Notes under the pieces: model-generated
The model's database searches: none
What the model was told of the DNA's origin: nothing
The model's input: only the letters and a program-made list of their open reading frames with translations
Assembly (NCBI GenBank): GCA_045589735.1
Contig: JAZNPQ010000061.1
Location: 1 to 38,889 of the forward strand
Length of the DNA: 38,889 bases
DNA from: Eubacteriales bacterium
GTDB taxonomy: Bacteria > Bacillota > Clostridia > Oscillospirales > CAG-272
Direction: 5' to 3'
Part shown: positions 1-11,883 of the stretch, in pieces
How positions within the stretch are numbered: the stretch's first letter is position 1
How the letters are laid out: each line of letters begins with the position of its first letter
Position numbers and translations under genes: made by a program

Positions 1-42
1 ACACAAATAGGTGTACGTATTATGAATTTTTATCAAAAAAGC

Positions 43-70
43 AAAGCCGCGCTGTCAAGTGCGGCTTTTT
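43..70. terminator. Bidirectional rho-independent terminator hairpin
   Basis: Stem AAAGCCGC (43-50) / GCGGCTTT (61-68) with a 10-nt loop. An A-run precedes it and a T-run follows, so it reads as stem plus U-tract on both strands. It sits directly at the stop (69-71) of the minus-strand XRE gene. Confidence 0.7.
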
Positions 71-314
71 ATTGTTCTATATCTAAATTATCCGAGTTAA
101 AAATATCATCAGCAAGAAATTCTGTAAGCGACATTCCAAATCCTTTTGCAATAAGAATAACCGTGCTGAGCGTAACTGTCTTGTTTCGTCCGTTCATTAT
201 ACACTGCATACTGCCGTGCTGTATTCCCGATTCCTGCTCCAATCGATATTGAGACATCTCTTTTTCTTTTAGCAATTTTGATATTCGTATAGCAACTGCA
301 TCATTTACCGTCAA
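69..314 (-). CDS. XRE/Cro-C1 family helix-turn-helix transcriptional regulator (81 aa, TTG start)
   Basis: The translation IRISKLLKEKEMSQYRLEQESGIQHGSMQCIMNGRNKTVTLSTVILIAKGFGMSLTEF is a typical HTH_3 pattern. A strong SD (GGGAGGG) lies 7 nt upstream of the TTG. A terminator follows directly. Confidence 0.85.
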   Translation of the reverse strand: MTVNDAVAIRISKLLKEKEMSQYRLEQESGIQHGSMQCIMNGRNKTVTLSTVILIAKGFGMSLTEFLADDIFNSDNLDIEQ

Positions 315-404
315 AAAATATCCCTCCCGATTGAAAATTTACCCTTAATTATATTTTATCAATTTTGCCCGAAAAATATAAGAAGGCGTGCCTACATGTT
401 TGTC

Positions 405-433
405 TTGATTTTGCTGTCAACTTATGATAAAAT
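405..433 (+). promoter_or_regulatory. Sigma-A type promoter for the SLOG-like gene
   Basis: TTGATT (405-410), 17-nt spacer, TAAAAT (428-433). It is flanked by CCTAC/GTAGG repeats at 391-397, 436-440 and 445-449. Confidence 0.5.
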
Positions 434-468
434 ATGTAGGTAAGCCTACTTAAAGGAGGGATTAAGTC

Positions 469-927
469 ATGATAGTAGCTTTTTGCGGTCACGCAGATTT
501 TCAAAGATCTGAAAAATATGAACTTGAAGTATTACAATTTTTGGAAAAAACTATAGGCAATAAAAAAGCAGAGTTATACCTTGGTGGATATGGAAATTTC
601 GATCAATTTGCATATAATTGTGCAAAAACATACAAAGCTATACACACAAACACCTCTATTGTTTTTGTTACTCCATATATAACCCCGGAATATCAAAAAA
701 ATTATTTAGAGTACGAAAAAGAAAAATATGATAATATTATCTTCCCCCCAATCGAAGATAAACCCAAAAAATTTGCTATATTATACAGAAATAGGTATAT
801 GATAGAAAAATCCGATTATGTAATTGCATATATAAACCGCACATTTGGTGGCGCATATAAAACATATAAATATGCAAAAAGAAAAGGTAAGATTATTTTC
901 AATCTTACCGGAAAGGATTTTGATTAA
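469..927 (+). CDS. SLOG-superfamily (DprA/LOG-like Rossmann) protein, YpsA/DUF1273- or DUF2493-like (152 aa)
   Basis: Motif pattern VAFCGH..., LGGYGNFDQFAYN, RNRYMIEKSDYVIAYI..GGAYKTYKYAKRKGKIIFNL resembles SLOG family proteins recalled from memory. SD GGAGGG lies 9 nt upstream of the ATG. Family membership was not verified by search. Confidence 0.6.
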   Translation: MIVAFCGHADFQRSEKYELEVLQFLEKTIGNKKAELYLGGYGNFDQFAYNCAKTYKAIHTNTSIVFVTPYITPEYQKNYLEYEKEKYDNIIFPPIEDKPKKFAILYRNRYMIEKSDYVIAYINRTFGGAYKTYKYAKRKGKIIFNLTGKDFD

Positions 928-957
928 CAAGTCGTAACAAGTCACGATAAATTTTCC

Positions 958-986
958 TTGACATTTTTACTATTCTGTTATATAAT
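958..986 (+). promoter_or_regulatory. Consensus sigma-A promoter for glnN
   Basis: TTGACA (958-963), 17-nt spacer, TATAAT (981-986), about 35 nt upstream of the glnN ATG. Confidence 0.65.
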
Positions 987-1022
987 TTAGAATGATATAT
1001 TGTTTTTTTAAGGAGTCTGTTT

Positions 1023-3101
1023 ATGAATAACAGTGTTCCCGAATATTTCGGATGTTTGGTTTTTAATCAGGATGAAATGAATCGCCGTCTTTCAAAAGAG
1101 GACTGCGAGGCTCTTAAAAATGCTGTAGATACAGGTGTCGGTCTCGATATCTCTCTTGCCAACCGCATAGCCGACGCTATGAAGGAATGGGCAATATCCA
1201 TGGGCGCGACTCACTATACTCATTGGTTCCAGCCTATGACGGGTATCACCGCAGAGAAGCACGACAGCTTTTTACGTCCCGACGAAAACGGTCATCCCAT
1301 TATGGCTTTTTCGGGTAAAAATCTTATAAAGGGTGAGTCCGACGCCTCTTCCTTCCCCTCGGGCGGTCTCCGCGCGACCTTTGAGGCTCGCGGCTACACC
1401 GCTTGGGACCCGACGTCCTACGCTTTCGTTAAGGACGGTTCTCTTTATATTCCCACGGTTTTCTGTTCTTTTGCGGGCGATACACTTGACAGAAAGACTC
1501 CCCTGCTCCGTTCTATGCAAGCTCTTTCAAAGCAGGCTGTGCGTCTTCTCCGTATCTGCGGAAATACCGACGTAAAAAAGGTCATTCCCATGGTCGGTGC
1601 AGAACAGGAATATTTCCTTATCGACAAATCAATGTATGACAGACGACCCGACCTTATGTACTCGGGCAGAACTCTTTTCGGCGCTCCCGCGCCTAAGGGA
1701 CAGAAGGGTGATTTTCACTACTACGGCGCAATAAAGCCGCGTATTGCCGAATTTATGCGTGAGCTTGACACTGAGCTTTGGAAGCTCGGCATCTTCTCGC
1801 AGACAAAGCACAACGAAGCCGCGCCTGCTCAGCACGAGCTTGCCCCCTTCTTTGAAAACGCAAACTCGGCGGTTGACCACAACCACATCACTATGGAATA
1901 TCTTCGCAACGTTGCCGAGCGTCACGGTCTTGTTTGTCTGCTTCACGAAAAGCCATTTGCATCTGTCAACGGTTCGGGAAAGCACGACAACTGGTCTATG
2001 TCAACCGACACCGGAGTAAATCTTCTTGACCCCGGTAAAACTCCCGCGGAAAACGCGCAGTTCCTTCTCTTCTTCTCTGCCGTTATCAAGGCGGTTGATG
2101 AATATCAGGATCTGCTCCGTCTTTCTGTTGCGACACGCGGAAACGACCTGCGTCTTGGCGGAAACGAAGCTCCGCCTGCCATTATTTCAATATACGTCGG
2201 CGAGGTTCTTGAACATATAATCGAAAAGCTCGTTGCAAAGGAAGACTACGAGCCCGACAAGGAGACCGAGATCCGTCTCGGCGTTTCGGCGCTTCCCTCT
2301 TTTCCTCGCGATTCAAGTGACAGAAACCGCACGTCTCCTTTTGCTTTTACGGGTAACAAATTCGAGTTTCGTATGCTCGGCGCGTCGCTCAATATCGCAG
2401 GACCTACCGCCACACTCAATACGATTGTTGCCGAGGAGCTTCGCAAATTTGCAGACAAGCTCGAAGCCGCTGACGATTTCGATATTGCGCTCAACCGTCT
2501 TATCCGTCACACTCTTCGCGACCATAAGCGTATAATTTTCGGCGGTAACGGCTATTCAAAGGAATGGGTCGAGGAGGCAAAGCGTCGCGGTCTGAGCAAT
2601 TACGCTACCACCGCCGATATTCTTCCTCATTTCACCGAGCCAAGATTCGTTGACCTTTTCACGCGCCACGGTATCTACACCGAGCAGGAAATGGTATCCC
2701 GTCAGGAGATCTCTCTGCTTTCCTATGCAAGCGCCGTACGCATTGAAGCAAAAACTATGATAGATATGGTTCGTCACGGTTATCTCCCCGCAATAGGACG
2801 CTACACCGCCGAACTTGACCGTGCGCTTCAGATTTCGGGCGGTATGGCAAAGCGCAAGACCTTCGATATTCTTATAAGGCTTGAGGACAAAGCATTTGAC
2901 CTCGTCTCAAGCCTTGAAAAATCGGTTGCAAACGTTACATCCGCAAATTATCCCGATTCCGAGAAATTTGCACGCACGCTTTGTGACAGTGTTATTCCGA
3001 CAATGGATTCTCTCCGTGCTGTCATTGACGAGGCTGAACGCTATATGCCTTTGTCCGATTGGCCTTATCCTACGTACGGAGATATTATGTTTAAGAATTG
3101 A
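1023..3101 (+). CDS. glnN: Glutamine synthetase type III (692 aa)
   Basis: Length near 700 aa and the N-terminus EYFG..VF....M...L.....L......G......IADAMKEWA...GATHYTHWFQP are characteristic of GS-III. The catalytic-region motifs EQEYF and NGSGKHDNWS are present. SD is AAGGAG. Confidence 0.9.
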   Translation: MNNSVPEYFGCLVFNQDEMNRRLSKEDCEALKNAVDTGVGLDISLANRIADAMKEWAISMGATHYTHWFQPMTGITAEKHDSFLRPDENGHPIMAFSGKNLIKGESDASSFPSGGLRATFEARGYTAWDPTSYAFVKDGSLYIPTVFCSFAGDTLDRKTPLLRSMQALSKQAVRLLRICGNTDVKKVIPMVGAEQEYFLIDKSMYDRRPDLMYSGRTLFGAPAPKGQKGDFHYYGAIKPRIAEFMRELDTELWKLGIFSQTKHNEAAPAQHELAPFFENANSAVDHNHITMEYLRNVAERHGLVCLLHEKPFASVNGSGKHDNWSMSTDTGVNLLDPGKTPAENAQFLLFFSAVIKAVDEYQDLLRLSVATRGNDLRLGGNEAPPAIISIYVGEVLEHIIEKLVAKEDYEPDKETEIRLGVSALPSFPRDSSDRNRTSPFAFTGNKFEFRMLGASLNIAGPTATLNTIVAEELRKFADKLEAADDFDIALNRLIRHTLRDHKRIIFGGNGYSKEWVEEAKRRGLSNYATTADILPHFTEPRFVDLFTRHGIYTEQEMVSRQEISLLSYASAVRIEAKTMIDMVRHGYLPAIGRYTAELDRALQISGGMAKRKTFDILIRLEDKAFDLVSSLEKSVANVTSANYPDSEKFARTLCDSVIPTMDSLRAVIDEAERYMPLSDWPYPTYGDIMFKN

Positions 3102-3102
3102 T

Positions 3103-3654
3103 ATGAACGAATTTAACACTTACGAATATTCCGTTGAGCATTCAAAAAAAGACCCAAAGCTCCGCCTAAAAAAGGCGTTGCTCATAGTCTTTTACGTTGC
3201 ATACTGTTTTACACTTATATTCGTCGTTGCGTTCGCCAAGGCAGGAGTTCTTGCGGCACCGCTTATGGCACTCATACCCGTCACTTGTTGGATAATCGCT
3301 TTTTTCACTTGGCGCTACGTCAAGCCCGAATATGAATATTCTATGACATCGGGTATCCTGACTTTTTCTATCATTTACGGTAGTAAAACCCGAAAAAAGC
3401 GGTTCGATACAAAAATAGCGGCAGCCGACACGATAGCGCCGTACACAGAGCACGCAAAGCGCGATATTGAAAAATATTCGCCACAGGTGTCATACCTTGG
3501 AGCTTCGTCACTTGATTCACCCGACGCATACTATATGCTCTTTGAGACCACCGACGGCAAGCGCTGTGTTTACTACTTCGAGGCGACCGAAAAGTCTCTC
3601 AAAATTCTTCGTTTTTATAATCCTAAAGCAGTTGTTACAAAAGTTCGTTTTTAA
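3103..3654 (+). CDS. Hypothetical small membrane protein (183 aa, 2 predicted TM helices), translationally coupled to glnN
   Basis: The ATG at 3103 lies 1 nt after the glnN stop (TGAtATG). Two hydrophobic segments are present (ALLIVFYVAYCFTLIFVVAF and LMALIPVTCWIIAFFTW). The upstream part of ORF 2881..3654 overlaps glnN and is discarded. Confidence 0.6.
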   Translation: MNEFNTYEYSVEHSKKDPKLRLKKALLIVFYVAYCFTLIFVVAFAKAGVLAAPLMALIPVTCWIIAFFTWRYVKPEYEYSMTSGILTFSIIYGSKTRKKRFDTKIAAADTIAPYTEHAKRDIEKYSPQVSYLGASSLDSPDAYYMLFETTDGKRCVYYFEATEKSLKILRFYNPKAVVTKVRF

Positions 3655-3659
3655 GCATA

Positions 3660-3697
3660 AAAAAAGGTTTACCGTTCGGTAAACCGTTTTTTATTTT
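3660..3697. terminator. Bidirectional terminator between convergent genes
   Basis: Stem GGTTTACC (3666-3673) / GGTAAACC (3678-3685) with loop GTTC. It is flanked by an A6 run upstream and TTTTTTATTTTTT downstream. Confidence 0.8.
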
Positions 3698-3698
3698 T

Positions 3699-4658
3699 TC
3701 AAATTGAAAGCAGTGCCGCGCCGATGATTCCCGCGTCGTTTTTAAGCTCTGCTATTCGTATCTCGGTGGGCTTGACTATATCTCCGCCATAGCGTTCCTT
3801 ATCAATTAACGGCATTAAACTGTCAACAAGGCTCTGCCCCTCATTTGAAATTCCACCGCCTATAGAGATCACCTCGGGCTGGAATATATTCACCATATTC
3901 GCAAGTCCGCACGCAAGATATCCAAGATACGTATCGACGACTTCGCGGCCTGCCTCGTCTCCGCATCTCATAGCATCAAACGCGGTCGCGCCAGATACCT
4001 TACCCTTTTTTTGGACTATATCGGTCATAACGGTAGACCTGCCGCTCTTCTCACACTCTTCTATCTTTTCCTTGGTCATTTTGATTATCGCCGTAGCAGA
4101 GCTGTATGCCTCCCAACAGCCGCGGCGTCCGCACGAGCAGGGTCGTCCGTTGTATTCAATAACTACGTGACCAATCTCCGCGCCTGCAGAATTGAAGCCC
4201 GAATATATCTTATTATCAATAATGATACCGCCGCCGACTCCTGTTCCGAGTGTTATCATTATAGAGTTTTTCGTTCCTTTTGCAGCGCCTGCAACCGCTT
4301 CGCCCCAGGCTGCCGCATTTGCATCGTTTTCGACAATTACGTCAGCAACTCCGGTTGCCTTTGAGACAGCCTCGCATATCGGATAATTCACAAAGGGAAG
4401 ATTGCACGAATATTTTACGCATCCGCTTGATCTCTCGGCAATACCCGGAGATGCGATTCCTATAGCGTCAATATCCGCGGTCGTTATTCCCTTTTCTTCA
4501 CAAAGCATATTGCAGAGCTTTGCAATATCGCTTGCTATACGGTCAGCTCCGTTCTTTGTATCTGTAGGTATACTCTTCTTCAGCACTATATTATAATCAC
4601 TGTCAACAAGACCTGCGGCAATATTCGTTCCGCCAAGGCCAACACCAATTCTGTACAT
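3699..4658 (-). CDS. glcK: ROK family glucokinase (319 aa)
   Basis: N-terminal GVGLGGTNIAAG ATP-binding motif, the ROK signature region, and the zinc motif CSCGRRGCWEAYSS. SD is AAGGAAGG. Confidence 0.85.
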   Translation of the reverse strand: MYRIGVGLGGTNIAAGLVDSDYNIVLKKSIPTDTKNGADRIASDIAKLCNMLCEEKGITTADIDAIGIASPGIAERSSGCVKYSCNLPFVNYPICEAVSKATGVADVIVENDANAAAWGEAVAGAAKGTKNSIMITLGTGVGGGIIIDNKIYSGFNSAGAEIGHVVIEYNGRPCSCGRRGCWEAYSSATAIIKMTKEKIEECEKSGRSTVMTDIVQKKGKVSGATAFDAMRCGDEAGREVVDTYLGYLACGLANMVNIFQPEVISIGGGISNEGQSLVDSLMPLIDKERYGGDIVKPTEIRIAELKNDAGIIGAALLSI

Positions 4659-4697
4659 ATTGAAAACCTTCCTTATGATATTTTATTTTTAAAATAT

Positions 4698-4725
4698 ATT
4701 ATGCCCAAGAACAAGGCTTTGTCAA
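4698..4725 (-). promoter_or_regulatory. Sigma-A promoter for glcK
   Basis: On the minus strand: TTGACA (4725-4720), 16/17-nt spacer, CATAAT/ATAATA (about 4703-4697). Confidence 0.55.
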
Positions 4726-4737
4726 TATATTTTTCAT

Positions 4738-8747
<4,010 letters not shown>

Positions 8748-8780
8748 TTAATTATTCTTTGCAAGGAGGGCTTTACCAAC

Positions 8781-9506
8781 GTGCGTCTGGACAAATTTTT
8801 AAGCATCACGGGAACCGCTACAAGAAGTGAAGCATCACGCGCCGTACGTTCGGGCAAAGTAACCGTAAACGGTCTCGGAGTAAAGAGAGCCGACGCAAAG
8901 ATAGACCCCGAAAACGATACCGTATGCTTTGACGGTGTCAAAGTTGTTTACCGTGAATTTACCTATATAATGCTCAACAAGCCGTCAGGCTACGTCAGTG
9001 CGACCGACGACAAAAAACTACCGACCGTGCTTGAGCTGCTCCCCGACGAGCTTCGACGACTTGACCTTTTTCCCGCAGGCAGACTTGACCGTGACACAGT
9101 CGGTCTTATGCTTCTTACCGACGACGGAGTTCTCTCACATTTTCTGCTCTCACCTGTAAGTCACGTTCCGAAATCCTATAGATTCACCGCTCAGTCACTC
9201 CTTTCGGAATCAGACGTATCCGCTCTTGAATCGGGCGTCGATATAGGTGAGGATCATATCACAAAACCGTCGAGTCTTACTGTCGAAAGTGACGGAGCTT
9301 CGGGTGTCATCACCATTTCTGAGGGACGCTACCATCAGATAAAGCGTATGTTCGAGGCGGTCGGCAATAAGATAACCTCACTCGAACGAATTACCTTCGG
9401 ACCTCTCACACTTGACCCGTCGCTGTCCCGCGGTGAGTGGAGATTTTTAACTCAAAACGAAATAACAGAGCTTCAAAAGCACAACAGAAATACAGGAGAT
9501 AAATAA
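8781..9506 (+). CDS. rsuA: S4-domain pseudouridine synthase, RsuA/RluB family (241 aa, GTG start)
   Basis: (V)RLDKFLS..TG..SR S4 motif, catalytic GRLDRDTVGLMLLTDDG, and YHQIKRMF. SD GGAGGG (8765-8770) lies upstream of the GTG at 8781. The earlier ATG at 8739 lies inside the predicted -10. The specific paralog assignment is uncertain. Confidence 0.8.
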   Translation: MRLDKFLSITGTATRSEASRAVRSGKVTVNGLGVKRADAKIDPENDTVCFDGVKVVYREFTYIMLNKPSGYVSATDDKKLPTVLELLPDELRRLDLFPAGRLDRDTVGLMLLTDDGVLSHFLLSPVSHVPKSYRFTAQSLLSESDVSALESGVDIGEDHITKPSSLTVESDGASGVITISEGRYHQIKRMFEAVGNKITSLERITFGPLTLDPSLSRGEWRFLTQNEITELQKHNRNTGDK

Positions 9507-11686
9507 TGACTATCAACGAAATTATCGCAAAAGAACTTAACATTTCGGTCTCACAGGTCGAAAAGACCGTCGCTCTTATCGACGAGGGCAACACCATTCC
9601 CTTCATCGCGCGTTACCGTAAGGAGGTCACGGGCTCGCTTGACGACACCGTACTCCGTACGCTTGAGGACAGACTTACCTACCTTCGCAATATCGAAAAG
9701 CGTCGCGAGGAGGTCAAGGGTCTCATCGACGCGCAGGGAAAGCTGACAGACGAGCTGGTTGCCGCTATCGACAACGCAGAGACGCTGACTGAGATAGACG
9801 ACATATACCGTCCTTACAGACCCAAACGTAAAACACGTGCCTCTGTTGCGCGTGAGAAGGGTCTTGAGGGACTTGCAAAGCTTATAATGGAGCAACGCAA
9901 GGTTTACGAGCCCGCGCTTGAGGTTCAGGCGGAGGAATACGTAAACGAGGAAAAGGGCGTAAGCAATATCGAAGAGGCATTTGCGGGTGCGTGTGACATT
10001 ATCGCGGAGGACGTGTCAGACAACGCAGAATACCGTAAGCAGCTTCGCGCTATCACATTTTCCAACGGCGTTCTCACGACCAAAGCTGCAAACGCGGAAG
10101 CTGAGTCGGTATATCAGATGTATTACGACTATGCAGAGCCCGTAAAAAAAGTTCCCGACCACAGAATACTTGCAATAAACCGAGGAGAAAAGGAAGAATT
10201 CTTAAAAGTATCTATCGAGCTTCCCGAAGAATTTGCACTCAATTATCTTTTCTCCGAGATTGTTGACCCGAACAAAAATCCCGCTACAAAATACGTCAGC
10301 GCCGCCGTTATCGACGGTTATGACCGTCTTATAAAGCCTTCTATCGAGCGTGAGATACGTAACGATATTTTCGACAGTGCAAGTGAGGGCGCAATAAAGC
10401 TCTTCTCGGACAATCTCTCGCATCTCATTATGCAGTCTCCTATCAAGGGCAAGACCGTTCTCGGATACGACCCCGGGTACCGTACGGGCTGTAAGCTTGC
10501 AGTCGTTGATAAGACCGGTAAGGTACTTGACACCGCCGTTATCTACCCCACAAAGCCGCAGGAGCGCATTGAGGAAAGCGGACGCGTTGTTACAAAGCTC
10601 ATACGTAAGTACGGTGTAAATGTTATAGCAATCGGTAACGGAACGGCTTCCAAGGAAAGTGAAATTTTCATTGCAAATCTTCTGAAATCTATCCCCGAGG
10701 ACGTCAAGTATATTATGGTCAGCGAGGCGGGCGCGTCGGTATATTCGGCATCCAAGCTCGGAGCTGAGGAATTCCCCGATTTCGACGTTACGCAGCGTTC
10801 AGCAGTATCTATAGCAAGACGACTTCAGGACCCTATGGCAGAGCTTGTAAAGATAGACCCGAAATCAATCGGTGTCGGTCAGTATCAGCACGACATGAAG
10901 CCCGCAAGACTTGACAGCGCACTCACGGGAGTCGTTGAGGACTGCGTCAACAGTGTCGGCGTTGACCTCAATACCGCATCTCATTCCCTGCTCTCCTACA
11001 TTTCGGGAATAAACGCGACCACCGCAAAAAACATCGTAAAATACCGCGAAGAAAACGGAGAATTCACAAAACGCGCGCAGATTCTTAAAGTACCGAAAAT
11101 AGGTGCTAAGGCGTTTGAGCAGTGCGCAGGCTTCCTCAGAGTCCCCGGTTCTGAAGAAATACTCGACAACACAGGCGTTCATCCCGAGTCCTATGCCGCT
11201 GCGCGTGCGCTTCTTTCAGAATTCGGATATACCGAGGACGACGTACGAAGCGGAAATCTCTCCGAACTTCGTAAAAAGGTTACTGCCAAGGGTACAAAGT
11301 CTGTCGCAGAAAAGCTCGAAATCGGTGAGCCGACCCTACTCGATATCATCGGTGAGCTTGAAAAGCCCGGACGCGATATCCGTGATTCCTTCGCCGCTCC
11401 AATTCTTCGCGACGATATTATGGATCTCTCCGACCTTAAACCCGATATGATACTCACGGGTACTGTACGTAACGTTATAGACTTCGGAGCGTTCGTCGAT
11501 ATAGCGGTTCATCAGGACGGTCTCGTTCACATTTCCGAGATGTCAAACAAATTTGTAAAGCATCCGTCCGAGGTGGTCTCTGTCGGTGATATAATTCAGG
11601 TTCGCGTACTGTCTGTTGACGAGAAGCGTAAGCGTATCGGGCTTTCTATGAAAGGTACTGACGGCAAGCCTCTCAACAAATCTTAA
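9506..11686 (+). CDS. tex: Tex-like transcription accessory protein with C-terminal S1 domain (726 aa)
   Basis: N-terminal Tex motif (IPFIARYRKE.TG), a YqgF/RuvX-like region (LGYDPGYRTGCKLAVVD), HhH repeats, and a C-terminal S1 domain (GTVRNVIDFGAFVDI). The start overlaps the rsuA stop (TAATG). Confidence 0.9.
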   Translation: MTINEIIAKELNISVSQVEKTVALIDEGNTIPFIARYRKEVTGSLDDTVLRTLEDRLTYLRNIEKRREEVKGLIDAQGKLTDELVAAIDNAETLTEIDDIYRPYRPKRKTRASVAREKGLEGLAKLIMEQRKVYEPALEVQAEEYVNEEKGVSNIEEAFAGACDIIAEDVSDNAEYRKQLRAITFSNGVLTTKAANAEAESVYQMYYDYAEPVKKVPDHRILAINRGEKEEFLKVSIELPEEFALNYLFSEIVDPNKNPATKYVSAAVIDGYDRLIKPSIEREIRNDIFDSASEGAIKLFSDNLSHLIMQSPIKGKTVLGYDPGYRTGCKLAVVDKTGKVLDTAVIYPTKPQERIEESGRVVTKLIRKYGVNVIAIGNGTASKESEIFIANLLKSIPEDVKYIMVSEAGASVYSASKLGAEEFPDFDVTQRSAVSIARRLQDPMAELVKIDPKSIGVGQYQHDMKPARLDSALTGVVEDCVNSVGVDLNTASHSLLSYISGINATTAKNIVKYREENGEFTKRAQILKVPKIGAKAFEQCAGFLRVPGSEEILDNTGVHPESYAAARALLSEFGYTEDDVRSGNLSELRKKVTAKGTKSVAEKLEIGEPTLLDIIGELEKPGRDIRDSFAAPILRDDIMDLSDLKPDMILTGTVRNVIDFGAFVDIAVHQDGLVHISEMSNKFVKHPSEVVSVGDIIQVRVLSVDEKRKRIGLSMKGTDGKPLNKS

Positions 11687-11793
11687 TATATTAAAAAATA
11701 TTTCCCTTGGAAAATGAACCGAATTTTAACATTCCGCTAATATGTTGTGCAATCTGCACAATAGAGGTAATGAAATTTTGGAGAAATAGGCTC

Positions 11794-11822
11794 TTCCATT
11801 TTTCGCGAAAATTTGGTACAAT
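11794..11822 (+). promoter_or_regulatory. Extended -10 promoter for the sugar ABC ATPase
   Basis: TGgTACAAT (11814-11822) with a weak -35, TTCCAT (11794-11799), at 17-nt spacing. Confidence 0.4.
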
Positions 11823-11883
11823 ATTATAAGAAAAATTTATAGTGATTGGGCGAGGTATGCCCACTCGCAAGGAGGATATTTTA

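Noticed and set aside
396-443. 15-codon hydrophobic ORF (MFVLILLSTYDKICR) in the XRE/SLOG intergenic region
   Set aside because: It overlaps the predicted -35/-10 of the SLOG promoter. Only a weak GAAGG lies 9 nt upstream. It cannot be supported from sequence alone.
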